A stretch of 41,783 nt of DNA from Terrimicrobiaceae bacterium (GCA_041752695.1 JBGSVZ010000039.1:1-41783); one strand, 5' to 3'; shown: positions 1-9,666, numbered from the stretch's first letter. The notes: a model not told the origin generated them from the sequence alone. Numbers and translations are program-made.

Positions 1-1
1 C

Positions 2-1462
2 CTGCTCCGCCTCGCCGGCAACGACCTGCCCGCCGTCGGCACCGTCCGCGTCAACCTACAGGCCTCGGGCCATCCCGCCGCCGCGGTGATCGAGGGGAAA
101 CTCGAAGGGCGGGGTCTCGGGCTGGAAACGGAAGGCGGAAAAATCCCCCCTTCCCAAGTCGATGTTGCCGTCCGCGCTGCCGACGGCCTGGCCCGCCTCA
201 CCGGCGAATGGAAGATCCCTGGCAGCCCGGCCTCCACCCTCACCCTCGAAACCCCGCTGGCCTTCCGGACACAGGATGGGGGGGTGTCGTGGTGGAATCC
301 GGATGACAAGATTGCCGCCGAGCTGGCTTTCCCGCGCTTCGACCTCGGCCTCGTCCGTCCGCTCTTCCCCCGGGTCCACCGACTCGCGGGAATTCTGGCC
401 GGAAAAGTCCAGGTGGGTGGCACGGCGCTGAAGCCGGTGCTGGGTGGCGAGATTTCCCTCACCGAGGGTCGGCTGCAGGTCACGGAAAAAAGTCCCGTGA
501 TTGACCACATCGCGGCGACGGCCCAAGCCACTTCCCCGACCATCAGCATCGAAAAGCTCACCGGCGATCTGGGCGGAGGTCCCTTTGAGGCCCGCGGCGA
601 AATCTCCCTCACCGAACCCGCCTACCGAGTGAAGTTTTCCGGCACCAACATTCTCCTTGTCAGCGAACCCGGGATGAAACTTCCGGCCAACATCGACCTG
701 GAAGCCTCGGGCACCGGGCAAATCGGGCTGCTGCAAGGTTCCGTGCGTTTCACCGAAGCGGAGTTTTCCAAAAAGCTGCAAGTGACCCCGGTGCTGCTGC
801 CCGCCGCTTGGAAGGACGAATCTGTTCCGCCTCCGGGCCTCGCAGGCCGCATCTTCACGCCGTTTGCACAATGGAAACTGGATGTGGCCGTGAAAAACGA
901 CACCCGGTTTTCGCTTGGGGGGCCCTCCAGTTCCGGGGAGTTGATCCCCGACCTGCGGCTGGTGGGAACGCTGGGCCAGCCGGTGCCGGTGGGCAGGATC
1001 AGCCTGATTGAGGCGCGGGCGTATTTTCCGTTCACCACCGTGGTTATTCCCAAGGCGGAAATCAGTTTCCTGGAGAATGCCCCCTGGGTGCCCCAGCTTG
1101 ACTTGCGCGGCACGGCCCGGGCCCTCGACTACGAAGTCCAGGCCTATGCGTTCGGTCCGCTCACGGAGCGCCGGCTCATCCTGCGTTCCGACCCCGCCCT
1201 GCCCCAGGCCGACCTGGTTGCCATGCTCGCGACGGGGCTCACCGCGGGGGTTTTTGCCCAGCAGACTTCTCCGCTGACGGCGCGGCCTTTTGCCCGTCAG
1301 TTGGAGATCTCGGAGCCGGGGCATTTGCAGATTCCCGCTCCTGGGGAATCGGCAGCGCCTCGGGGACGGGTATTGCTGTGGCAGGCGCTCTCACTGGAAA
1401 ACGACAGCGCGGCAGCCAGCTTGCTGGGTCCGAGGTTAAGTTACCTTTTTCGCTTCGAATAG
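2..1462 (+). CDS. tamB: TamB/DUF490-like translocation and assembly module protein, C-terminal part (5' end lies outside the window)
   Basis: Frame open from the window start; Gly-rich beta-strand repeats (G.L.G.V.VGGT..P.L.G.I.L..G), 'LRSDPALPQADLVAMLATG' typical of the DUF490 C-terminus, terminal 'YLFRFE'. Confidence 0.75.
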   Translation: MLRLAGNDLPAVGTVRVNLQASGHPAAAVIEGKLEGRGLGLETEGGKIPPSQVDVAVRAADGLARLTGEWKIPGSPASTLTLETPLAFRTQDGGVSWWNPDDKIAAELAFPRFDLGLVRPLFPRVHRLAGILAGKVQVGGTALKPVLGGEISLTEGRLQVTEKSPVIDHIAATAQATSPTISIEKLTGDLGGGPFEARGEISLTEPAYRVKFSGTNILLVSEPGMKLPANIDLEASGTGQIGLLQGSVRFTEAEFSKKLQVTPVLLPAAWKDESVPPPGLAGRIFTPFAQWKLDVAVKNDTRFSLGGPSSSGELIPDLRLVGTLGQPVPVGRISLIEARAYFPFTTVVIPKAEISFLENAPWVPQLDLRGTARALDYEVQAYAFGPLTERRLILRSDPALPQADLVAMLATGLTAGVFAQQTSPLTARPFARQLEISEPGHLQIPAPGESAAPRGRVLLWQALSLENDSAAASLLGPRLSYLFRFE

Positions 1463-1480
1463 CAGCGTTTGAGGAGGCCC

Positions 1481-1508
1481 TTGCGCGGACGCCGGTCCCC
1501 GCTACTGT
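1481..1508 (+). promoter_or_regulatory. Putative sigma70 promoter for a leaderless transcript of 1515..2069
   Basis: TTGCGC (1481-1486), 16 bp, TACTGT (1503-1508), then 6 nt to ATG 1515; no SD next to the ATG. Confidence 0.45.
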
Positions 1509-1514
1509 AGCGCC

Positions 1515-2069
1515 ATGCGCGGAATGTGGCGAATCATCGGCCTGCTCGCCCTCGTCTGGGCGGTGGCGGGAGGTATTATCCTCTGGACGCGCGCCAGTCG
1601 GCCGACCCCGGCTTCCCTCACCACCTACATCGAAAAAAACTCCCTCGAAAATCTTCCCCCGGAGCGTCGCGAGGAGGTCATTGCCAAAGTCGCCGAGCAA
1701 CTCAACCGCCTGAACTTTGACCAGCGCCAGGAACTGCGGAAATCCAAGATCGACCGCCGGCTTTTCGAACAGATGACTGAGGAGGAGCGCAAACGTTTCC
1801 TCGACCTCACGCTTCCCGAGGGGTTCCGCCAGCTCATGATCGCCCTCAACAAGATGAACCCCGAGCAGCGCAAAAAAATCGTCCAGCGAGCGCTCGACGA
1901 CATCGAAAAGGACACTCCCGAAATCAACGAACGCATCGACCGCGGCGCGGCGCAAAAAATGATCTCGCAGGGGATGGATTCGTTCTACCAGGAAGCGAGC
2001 GCCGAAGTGAAACTCGACTTCGCCCCCGTTATCGAGGAACTGCAGCGCGCGACCCAGGGGCTGCGATGA
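1515..2069 (+). CDS. Hypothetical membrane-anchored alpha-helical protein with repeated LPPER/MTEEER/MNPEQR motifs
   Basis: 184 aa; N-terminal hydrophobic helix; charged helical body; ATGA overlap with the next gene. Confidence 0.8.
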   Translation: MRGMWRIIGLLALVWAVAGGIILWTRASRPTPASLTTYIEKNSLENLPPERREEVIAKVAEQLNRLNFDQRQELRKSKIDRRLFEQMTEEERKRFLDLTLPEGFRQLMIALNKMNPEQRKKIVQRALDDIEKDTPEINERIDRGAAQKMISQGMDSFYQEASAEVKLDFAPVIEELQRATQGLR

Positions 2070-2575
2070 AACGCGCCTTCACTCTCGTCGAACTTTTGCT
2101 TTCGCTCGGCATGATTGCCCTGCTGGCCAGCATCGCCATTCCTTCCCTGGGCATCGCCCGGGCCCGCGCCGATTCGGCCAAATGCGTCAGCCACCTGCGC
2201 TCCCTCGGCATCTCGCTCAATCTTTATCTGGCCGACCATCAGATGGTGATGCCCGACATCGAGGCCGGCCGCGCGGACAAAAATGAGAACATTCCCGTGA
2301 TCGACAACACGATCGATTCTTATGTGGATAACAAAGCTGCTTTCACCTGCCCGGCCGGTCGTGCCCTCGCGGAAAAATCCGGGACCAGCTATTATTGGAA
2401 CAGCGCCCTCCGCGGACAGAACATCACCAACCTGCATTTGTTCTGGCTGAGCGATCCGAGCAAAATTCCCGTGCTGGTGGACAAGGAAGGCTGGCACAAA
2501 TACGTCGAGGACAAGGTCAACCACCTCTTTGCCGACGGTCACGTGACCAATGAACTGCGGCTGATTGTGGAGTGA
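2066..2575 (+). CDS. Prepilin-type N-terminal cleavage/methylation protein with C-terminal N-x-L-F-A-D-G-H-V (H-X9-DG-type) motif
   Basis: MKRA|FTLVELL leader, 'C.S.LR.LG....Y..D' segment, 'CPA', C-terminal 'VNHLFADGHV'. Confidence 0.85.
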   Translation: MKRAFTLVELLLSLGMIALLASIAIPSLGIARARADSAKCVSHLRSLGISLNLYLADHQMVMPDIEAGRADKNENIPVIDNTIDSYVDNKAAFTCPAGRALAEKSGTSYYWNSALRGQNITNLHLFWLSDPSKIPVLVDKEGWHKYVEDKVNHLFADGHVTNELRLIVE

Positions 2576-2615
2576 GAGACACGACCCCGCCAGACCTGTC
2601 GCACCCGGATCCGAA

Positions 2616-2643
2616 TGACTGTTGACCAAGGACCAAGGACCAA
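2616..2643 (+). repeat. 7-bp tandem array (TGACTGT TGACCAA GGACCAA GGACCAA)
   Basis: Read directly; lies between ATG 2615 and ATG 2648 of the ABC ATPase. Confidence 0.7.
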
Positions 2644-2647
2644 TCCC

Positions 2648-3520
2648 ATGGTCCGTCTCGAAAATCTCACCAAGGCCTTCCGCGGGCGTCCGGCCCTCAC
2701 GGGGCTTTCGTTGGAAATTCAGCGGGGCGAGATTTTTGGCCTGCTTGGCCACAATGGCGCGGGCAAAAGCACCACGTTTGGACTCATGCTGGGGCACCTT
2801 TCCCCCGACGCGGGCGAGGCGTTCATCGCCGGTCGGTCGGTCCAGCACGAGCGGGCGCTGGCCATCAGCCGCGTGGGCGCGATTTTTGAAACGCCGTCGT
2901 TCTACGAATACATGAGCGGCTGGCAAAACCTGCGCTTCCTCGTGTCGCTCAGCGGCCTCGAAAGCGATGAACGGCTCCGTGAGATAGTGAAGCTGGTCCG
3001 GCTCGAAGAACGCATCAACGACCCTGTCCGCGCCTACAGTCACGGCATGCGGCAACGTCTCGCCCTGGCGCAGGCGTTGTTGCCGGATCCAGAATTTATT
3101 CTGCTCGATGAACCCACAGAGGGTCTCGATCCCGAGGGCATCCACGAGATGCGCGACATGGTACGCCGCCTCCGGGACGAACACGGGCTCACGGTCATGC
3201 TCTCCTCCCATCTCCTTAGCGAGGTCGAACAACTCTGCGACCGCGTCGCCATCCTCCATCGCGGCAAACTGGTCTTCTGCGGCGACTGGAAAACCAGCGA
3301 ACCACGCTGGACGCTTGAGGTGGATGATTGGGACAAAGCCGGGCCGGTGCTGGCGGCGGCCGGGGCGGCGGTTCACGCCTCCTCCCAAATCACCCTGCCC
3401 CCGGATGGCGAGATCTCCGATCTGGTCTCCGGCCTGGTGGCCGCCGGCGTCAGGGTGCGGACAGTTGCGCCGGTGAAAGCGACCCTGGAGGATTTTTACC
3501 TGGAGCGCATCGGACCATGA
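2648..3520 (+). CDS. ABC-2 type transporter ATP-binding protein (alternative start 2615)
   Basis: Walker A GHNGAGKST, signature YSHGM, Walker B ILLDEP, H-loop SSH. Confidence 0.9.
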   Translation: MVRLENLTKAFRGRPALTGLSLEIQRGEIFGLLGHNGAGKSTTFGLMLGHLSPDAGEAFIAGRSVQHERALAISRVGAIFETPSFYEYMSGWQNLRFLVSLSGLESDERLREIVKLVRLEERINDPVRAYSHGMRQRLALAQALLPDPEFILLDEPTEGLDPEGIHEMRDMVRRLRDEHGLTVMLSSHLLSEVEQLCDRVAILHRGKLVFCGDWKTSEPRWTLEVDDWDKAGPVLAAAGAAVHASSQITLPPDGEISDLVSGLVAAGVRVRTVAPVKATLEDFYLERIGP

Positions 3521-4362
3521 AACTTTTCCTCCGCCAGCTCTCCGGCGAATTGCGCAAACTTTTTGCCCGCAAACGCACCTTCATTGGCTTCGGGGCCTTT
3601 GTGGCGTTTGAAATTGTCATCCTTTTTCTCCTCCGCCTCGACAAGGTGCAGGACTCGGTACGCCGCGTCATTGAAAGGGCCGGATACGATTCCGCGCTTT
3701 ACCTTTCCGGACTCACCCTCGGTTTCCTGATTGTGGTCTGGACGGTTTTCCTTCTTGAGGCGCTTTTCCTCGCGCTGGTTGCGGGTGACGTCGTGAGCAA
3801 GGAGGTCGAGGATGGCACGATGCGAATGATGCTGTGCCGGCCCATTTCGCGCGGTCGCATCCTTTTACTGAAGGCCATGGTCAGCGTGCTTTACACCTTT
3901 GCCCTCACCGTGTTCGTGGCCGCCACGGCGTTGCTGGCGGGGTTTCTCAACAGTGGTCCTGGAGGACTCTTTGTCTTCGCGCCCTTGGAGGGAGTTTTCG
4001 CCTTCTACGATTTCGTCCCGGGCCTCCTGCGCTACGTCGGCGCCATTCCCCTGCTGGCCATCAGTCTCACCACCATCACCGCCATCGCGTTCTGCCTGTC
4101 GTGCTTCAACATGAAACCGTCCGCCGCCACCGTGGTGACGCTTTCCATTCTTTTCGCGGACACCATCCTGAAAAACATTCCGTATTTCGAAAGCCTCCGC
4201 GGGTGGTTCCTCACCATGAAAATGACGGCCTGGGTGCGCATCTTCGAATATCGCATCCCCTGGGAATCCATGATCGAAGACTACGCGTGGCTCATGGCGA
4301 TCAACGCCACCCTCTTCCTCATCGCCTGGCAGGTCTTTTCCCAGCGCGACTTCAAATCCTAG
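3517..4362 (+). CDS. ABC-2 type transporter permease
   Basis: Starts MKLFLRQL at an ATGA overlap with the ATPase stop; about six TM segments; 'E.EDGT.R..L.RP.SR..ILL.K' permease motif. Confidence 0.88.
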   Translation: MKLFLRQLSGELRKLFARKRTFIGFGAFVAFEIVILFLLRLDKVQDSVRRVIERAGYDSALYLSGLTLGFLIVVWTVFLLEALFLALVAGDVVSKEVEDGTMRMMLCRPISRGRILLLKAMVSVLYTFALTVFVAATALLAGFLNSGPGGLFVFAPLEGVFAFYDFVPGLLRYVGAIPLLAISLTTITAIAFCLSCFNMKPSAATVVTLSILFADTILKNIPYFESLRGWFLTMKMTAWVRIFEYRIPWESMIEDYAWLMAINATLFLIAWQVFSQRDFKS

Positions 4363-4368
4363 GTTTTG

Positions 4369-6744
4369 TCACTCGGGCGCCGGGTTGTAGCGCCGGAGAA
4401 GGTCGTCGATTTCTCCCGAAGTGGCGGTGTCGGACGGCCTCGCTTGGCGGAGCTGGAAAAGCCGGAGGAGTGCTCCGGAGGTATCGCCACGGAGGAAGGC
4501 GACGGTCGCGAGGGAGAGTTCCGCCTCAGGCCGTTTGAGATTTTCCCCGGTGAGTTGCTTCAGCGTGGCGTTGAGTAACGGAATGCTCTGCGAGTCGCGG
4601 CCGACTTTGAGAAACGCCAGCCACCACGCCTGGGCCTGTCCCGGATCGGTGGGAAAATCCAGCGGGGTATACTCGTCGGAACGCAAGACCGGCAGGCGAG
4701 GGATCCCTTCGCGGCTTGAGGCAAAGGTGGCAAAAGTCGGCGGCGAGTCAAAAAGCAGAAAGTGGGTAAACCCGGCCTCCCGCGCAATTTCGCGGGCGGT
4801 GGAATTCCATTCTCCATACGGCCAGCAGAGGATGGTGGGAGCCGGAAAATCCTGCCAGGACAACTTCGCGCGACTGGTGATGAGATCGAGACGAATCCGC
4901 CGACGATACTCTTCGTTCGTTTCCGACCGGCCCAACTCCCGGAGAAACTGGCGCGAGATCAAAACCGGGCGTTCTTCATCCGACCAAGGCGTTTCGGCTG
5001 CGTGATAATGCATGTCGTCCGTGTGCGACACCACCTCCACCAGCCCGGAGCGATATATTTCCCGCGCCTCGTCCCAGGTCATCGTTGCGTCCGTACGGTC
5101 ACGCTCTTGGGTCACATGCCGATTGTCCGGGTCGTTCTCCATCCAGCTTGTGACCAGGGCCAGAGTGAAGGGATAGTGGAGTTTTTTCAGGCGGGGATAA
5201 AAGTCTTTCACCACACTCTGGGAGCCGTCATCGAGCGTCAGAATAAGCGGCTTTGGCGGCAGCATGGCGGCGTCCCCGGTGAGAAGATAGTTCTGTAATC
5301 GGGAGAGCGGACACACGGAAAATCCCGCCTCGCCGAGAAATTTCAGGAGAGAGTCGAGGAATGCCGTTGAGCATTTGTAGGGATAATTCTGCACTCCATG
5401 TGGCCCCTCCGTGAAGGTGTGCAATGCCAGAACGGGGACCACCGGGTCGGAATTTTCCGGCTTGAGCGCATCGCGTTTGTAAAGTTCGGCCAGACAAACA
5501 AGGGACCAGATGCACGTCTCGTCGAACAGGGCTGGCGCCTTGACGGTGCGCGCCGGAATGGGTCCATCCGAGGCGGAAATCGACCTTGGGTCCTTTACCG
5601 GAACCGCCTCGAAGCCGAACAGCCGCCTCGCGGTGGGATCGGATTCGAAAAGGCTCCGCAGCTTATCGAAGGAACTCTGCTCCCATGCCCCATAGGTAAA
5701 CCACGAGATGCCCGCAATCGCATCTGCGGGGAGATTGGCCAGGGCGCGTTCGATTTCTCCGCGGGGAGAATCGACTCCCAGGGCGATCCACTGGGAGGTG
5801 CCGGCCCGCATGTCCCGGTGCCGGGAAACCACCCGGTCTCCTACCCATTCCGGGGTCTGGTTCCAGTCGGGCCAATAGGCCATGGGTTGGAGATAATCGA
5901 GTCCCGCGGCACCAAGTCCGGCATAGTTCTGGCTCACGTCGGTGAACTGGGGGGGCAAGACAAATGCGCCCCATCGCACAGCGGGATGCGCAATGCGCAT
6001 ACTCTGGGTCAGATCCCTGATCCAGGTGGCCAGGAGTTTCGACCGGGCCTCATACCATCGGGCACGGATGGAATCGTTCTTGAGCAGGTCTTCCTTCCAC
6101 CCTTTTCCCATCTCCCGGGAAAACTGCTCAGCCAGCGGACTCCCCTGGCCAGATGACCACCCGTCAAACCGCACCCAGTCGAGCGAAACACCGTCAAAAT
6201 CATATTCCGCCAGGAGCTTGGCGAGGAGTTCCGCCTGTCGGTCCCGGACCTCGGGGAAACCCGGGTCCACGAACTTTTCTCCACGGACATTGGAATACGC
6301 GGCCGCGGGAAAACGCTCCGCGGCCTGCGCGTCGTGAAAGCACGGCCACCACGCCCAGACCTCAATCCTGGCCGCCTTGGCGGCCAGGAGCATTTCTTTC
6401 AGCCAGGTGGGATCCTCCCAGCCTTCCGCCACCTTTTCGCCAGGCAGGGGGACCAGCAACTCGCCGGATTGCAGGGTCCGGCCGGTCCTCTGACTCTGGA
6501 ATTGATCTTCCTCCTGTTTAACGAGCAGATCGATGCGCCGAATGCCCAGCGCCTGACACTGTTTGATCAACCAAACCCATCCACCGCCGGTGACATTCTC
6601 CGTGGTGCGGACGATAATTCCCGCCGGTTTTCCCAAGCCGGGCAGGGGTTCCAGACGGGCCGACTCCGTCGCGGTGATGCCTCGATTGATGGCCAGCGTC
6701 CCGAGGACAGCCACGCTCAGGAAAATCCGCAGGAAGTGTTTCAT
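4369..6744 (-). CDS. PgaB-like exported protein: N-terminal TIM-barrel glycoside hydrolase-like domain, then CE4 polysaccharide deacetylase, then a TPR-like tail
   Basis: Signal peptide MKHFLRIFLSVAVLG at an ATGA overlap; 'VWAWWP...VDPGFPEVR...YDFDGVSLDWVRF' (GHL10/GH153-like); 'LTLDDG...MTWDEARE...VEVVSHTDDMH...ETNEEYRRRIRLD...WPYG' closely parallels the PgaB deacetylase. Confidence 0.8.
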   Translation of the reverse strand: MKHFLRIFLSVAVLGTLAINRGITATESARLEPLPGLGKPAGIIVRTTENVTGGGWVWLIKQCQALGIRRIDLLVKQEEDQFQSQRTGRTLQSGELLVPLPGEKVAEGWEDPTWLKEMLLAAKAARIEVWAWWPCFHDAQAAERFPAAAYSNVRGEKFVDPGFPEVRDRQAELLAKLLAEYDFDGVSLDWVRFDGWSSGQGSPLAEQFSREMGKGWKEDLLKNDSIRARWYEARSKLLATWIRDLTQSMRIAHPAVRWGAFVLPPQFTDVSQNYAGLGAAGLDYLQPMAYWPDWNQTPEWVGDRVVSRHRDMRAGTSQWIALGVDSPRGEIERALANLPADAIAGISWFTYGAWEQSSFDKLRSLFESDPTARRLFGFEAVPVKDPRSISASDGPIPARTVKAPALFDETCIWSLVCLAELYKRDALKPENSDPVVPVLALHTFTEGPHGVQNYPYKCSTAFLDSLLKFLGEAGFSVCPLSRLQNYLLTGDAAMLPPKPLILTLDDGSQSVVKDFYPRLKKLHYPFTLALVTSWMENDPDNRHVTQERDRTDATMTWDEAREIYRSGLVEVVSHTDDMHYHAAETPWSDEERPVLISRQFLRELGRSETNEEYRRRIRLDLITSRAKLSWQDFPAPTILCWPYGEWNSTAREIAREAGFTHFLLFDSPPTFATFASSREGIPRLPVLRSDEYTPLDFPTDPGQAQAWWLAFLKVGRDSQSIPLLNATLKQLTGENLKRPEAELSLATVAFLRGDTSGALLRLFQLRQARPSDTATSGEIDDLLRRYNPAPE

Positions 6745-7049
6745 TCGTGAGAACAACGCGGCAGCAGGCGGCAAGCCAGAAGCCAGCAGGCAGCGCCGAT
6801 CAAAACATCCTCCGCCACCAACTTCCATTGATCCCAAGACAAGTGGTCGGCGTCCGCGTTGCGCAAAGCGCAGTAAAAACACCAGAGGCCCCAAGCCAGT
6901 AGAAGGAAGCGCGCTCCGTGCACGAGCCCGGCGGCCAGGGGCCGTCGGACCGGTGGCGCCACCCGGGGGTGAATTTCCGGGCCGGGTGACAACGCTTTTC
7001 GAGGCGGCGAGGTCGGCTCGGAGGGGGGCTTGATGGAGGTGGAATTCAT
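6741..7049 (-). CDS. Small two-TM membrane protein, PgaD-like by size and position
   Basis: 102 aa from ATG 7049; ATGA overlaps at both ends; two hydrophobic segments. Confidence 0.6.
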   Translation of the reverse strand: MNSTSIKPPSEPTSPPRKALSPGPEIHPRVAPPVRRPLAAGLVHGARFLLLAWGLWCFYCALRNADADHLSWDQWKLVAEDVLIGAACWLLACRLLPRCSHE

Positions 7050-8383
7050 GAGTGGGTTTCTCCTGGCTCTTCCCCCAAAGCCGTTGGGATCCAACGCCCC
7101 GAATCCTTGCGGAGAAACCCCCGCGGGAATCCGGCGATAAAACTTGGGAAAAGGAGGAACCAGAAATAGAGGGGATAAAAGGGAGCGGCAAGGGCCAGGA
7201 GGGGATACCGAGGCCACGTGCCATGATCAACGAGGATGGACACAAGGAACTGAATGGCAAAGACTTCGGCGTAAAGCAAGGCGTGGGATCCGGAAAAAAA
7301 CAAGGCCAGGTAGGCCGCGGAATCATGGGACGTACCCGCGATTAGCACCAGCGGTGCTGCGATCAGCAAAACCAAACATCCCCACATCCAGAGCAGGCTG
7401 ATCAGCGAAACCAACGCGACGGGAAGATGGCGGGCCGTGGCCCCGAGCACGTGCCATCCTTGATCACGCAACGTGCGTCCCAGTCCGCTGCTCCAGCGTC
7501 GCCTTTGCCTCCACAGCCCTCCCCAGGTTTCGGCCATCATCACGCGGGCCGTCCAAGTCAGGTCGAAAGACACCCTCCATCCCCTCGACTGCAGCCGCCA
7601 GCTCAGTTCGATATCCTCCGCGCTGGTCGCCCCGTCCCACCCCCCGCATTTCTCCAGAGCTTCGCGTCGAATAGCTACCCAGGCGCCGGAAATTGTCAGC
7701 AACCCTCCCCAGAGGGACTCCGCGCATTTCACCATGCAAATCACGGCAAGGTAGTCGAAATCCTGGAAAATCTGCACCACCCGCCGCACCGAGGCCGCCC
7801 GCAGCTTTCCAGTGGTTGCCCCCAATTTTGGCTCCAGGGCAAATCCCCGCAGCATGCGCGTCCAGTCGCGGGTGAAAGCCTGGGTATCCGCATCCATGCA
7901 GACGATCACCTGCGAGGTGGTTTCTTTTAGCCCGGCGTTCAAGGCATGCGCCTTTCCGCGATTTTCGGGGAGCCGCAAAATTCGCGCGCGCGGAGGGAGA
8001 TCGGCTCCGTCGGAAAGCCCGACGCCCAGATTTGTTCCGTCGTCGATCAGCACAATCGCCTCGGGATAGGGCCGGACGGCTGAGAGGCTCCAGGCGGTTC
8101 GGAGAGCGGCGTCTCCGTCGCCGTAAAACGGGATCAATACGGAGTATGTGGGCAGGCCCGACGGGGAAGAACGGCGCGTCCCCAGCCGGCTCACCACCAC
8201 GTTGATTAATGCGGAGATGGACCAGAGCAGACTCACGAGAATGGGAAACAGCCCAAAGAACGAGAGCGCGGCGCGCAGGGTACCGTGTGGCCAGTCGAAA
8301 AACTCCGCCGAGGTGTTTGCCCAGTCGTCGGAAAGGCGGCCGGCTTCTTCAAGAAGTCTCATAACCGCGGAAACGGGGTCCAT
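7046..8383 (-). CDS. Processive GT2 glycosyltransferase, PgaC/IcaA-like
   Basis: IDDG, GKAHALN, DAD, 'SGA', AED, QRRRW motifs; one N-terminal and several C-terminal TM helices. Confidence 0.85.
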   Translation of the reverse strand: MDPVSAVMRLLEEAGRLSDDWANTSAEFFDWPHGTLRAALSFFGLFPILVSLLWSISALINVVVSRLGTRRSSPSGLPTYSVLIPFYGDGDAALRTAWSLSAVRPYPEAIVLIDDGTNLGVGLSDGADLPPRARILRLPENRGKAHALNAGLKETTSQVIVCMDADTQAFTRDWTRMLRGFALEPKLGATTGKLRAASVRRVVQIFQDFDYLAVICMVKCAESLWGGLLTISGAWVAIRREALEKCGGWDGATSAEDIELSWRLQSRGWRVSFDLTWTARVMMAETWGGLWRQRRRWSSGLGRTLRDQGWHVLGATARHLPVALVSLISLLWMWGCLVLLIAAPLVLIAGTSHDSAAYLALFFSGSHALLYAEVFAIQFLVSILVDHGTWPRYPLLALAAPFYPLYFWFLLFPSFIAGFPRGFLRKDSGRWIPTALGEEPGETHS

Positions 8384-8523
8384 TTTCGGTGACGTTGCAA
8401 CCAGGAGAACAGACAGTCATGTTTGCAGACTACCCGTCGCCCATGCCACCGACCTACCCTCTGTTGGCCGAAACTCGTCCGGAATTGGCGCAGGGTTGTT
8501 CTCATCCCGTCCCAGGCGATGCC

Positions 8524-9666
8524 TTAAAACGACACGGACACCCCGGCCTTCACCAGGGAGTCCGTGAAACTGTTGAGGGTGGCATCCCCGGCCTCTTCGT
8601 TGGCGTTCGTCGCCTGCAACCGCCCGACCCAGGATGCCACCAGGGTCAGATGCTCCGTCAGGGTGTATTCCAGATTCACCTCGATGGCGTAATTCTGGGT
8701 GGACAGCGTTTTTCCATCCCCGTCGAGGTTCGCAGGCCGGGCGGTGAACCAGACGAATTCGGAAACGAAGGCCGATCCGACCGCCCACTTTCCCTGTTCC
8801 CAACGGAGTTCGCATCGCGCGGTCAGGAGGCCCGCGGTGTAATAGTTGCTGGTCGTGTCAATACTGGCGCCGCCTCCCAGCGAAACCTCCGCAATCCAGC
8901 CGTGCCCGAATTTGTGCGTTAGGCCCGTCTCGACCTGGCCCTGGAAAAACTGCAGCTGGGGTGGGCTTCCCGGGTCAACGGAGTCCGGGGGCAGGTTCTC
9001 ATAAGATTGGTAGGTCCATTCCATCCCACCGCTCCACATGAAGTCCTCGCTCAGATCCCACTCCGCCCGGCCAGCCGTGACGACCGCAAAATTGTCCTGA
9101 TCGACAGAGTCAAAAAACTGATAATCGAACCCGCCCGTCCAGATGAGGCGGCGGCTCCCTTCCCATTCCCGCTCAAACTCCGCTTTGAGACCCACGCCGG
9201 TTCCATACTCGGAGGTTCCGGGAATGTTTTCAAATTCGGCATAAACCCGCTGACGAAATCGCGAAGCATGCACATTGATGGTGAACACGGTGGCGTCATC
9301 GTCGATCAATGTGAGGGTCAAGCCGGGCTGCAGGACATACTCATCAATCTGGGAGAGGGTGAAAAATGTCTGCGTGTATCCCCCGAACGTCACGGCCAGG
9401 AAGCCGTCCTCGCCGCCCAAGGGCAGGGTGGCATCAAGATAGGCCTGCCAGAATCCATCGCCCGACGGCTTTTCAAAGCGGCTGTTGACCTCAAAAACAT
9501 TCGCCTGGTAGCCGAACACGGAGTTGCCTTCCAGGGTGAAAGCCGGAGTCTCGTCCTCCTCTTCCACCCCGGCCACGGCGGGTCCCCCCGCGAGCAGCCC
9601 GGCGGTTGCCAGCAGGCGGACGCACTGCTGGAGGAAAGGAAAGATGGGGCGAAGGACTCGACGCAA
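8524..9666 (-). CDS. Putative outer-membrane beta-barrel protein (possible polysaccharide export pore)
   Basis: Signal peptide, acidic protein with alternating aromatic beta-strands, C-terminal Phe (VKAGVSVSF); upstream of and co-oriented with the GT2 operon. Confidence 0.7.
   Translation of the reverse strand: MRRVLRPIFPFLQQCVRLLATAGLLAGGPAVAGVEEEDETPAFTLEGNSVFGYQANVFEVNSRFEKPSGDGFWQAYLDATLPLGGEDGFLAVTFGGYTQTFFTLSQIDEYVLQPGLTLTLIDDDATVFTINVHASRFRQRVYAEFENIPGTSEYGTGVGLKAEFEREWEGSRRLIWTGGFDYQFFDSVDQDNFAVVTAGRAEWDLSEDFMWSGGMEWTYQSYENLPPDSVDPGSPPQLQFFQGQVETGLTHKFGHGWIAEVSLGGGASIDTTSNYYTAGLLTARCELRWEQGKWAVGSAFVSEFVWFTARPANLDGDGKTLSTQNYAIEVNLEYTLTEHLTLVASWVGRLQATNANEEAGDATLNSFTDSLVKAGVSVSF

Noticed and set aside
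6745..7326. N-terminal 194 aa of the 985-aa ORF 4369..7326
   Set aside because: Overlaps the GT2 and two-TM genes; the signal peptide and ATGA coupling point to a start at 6744.
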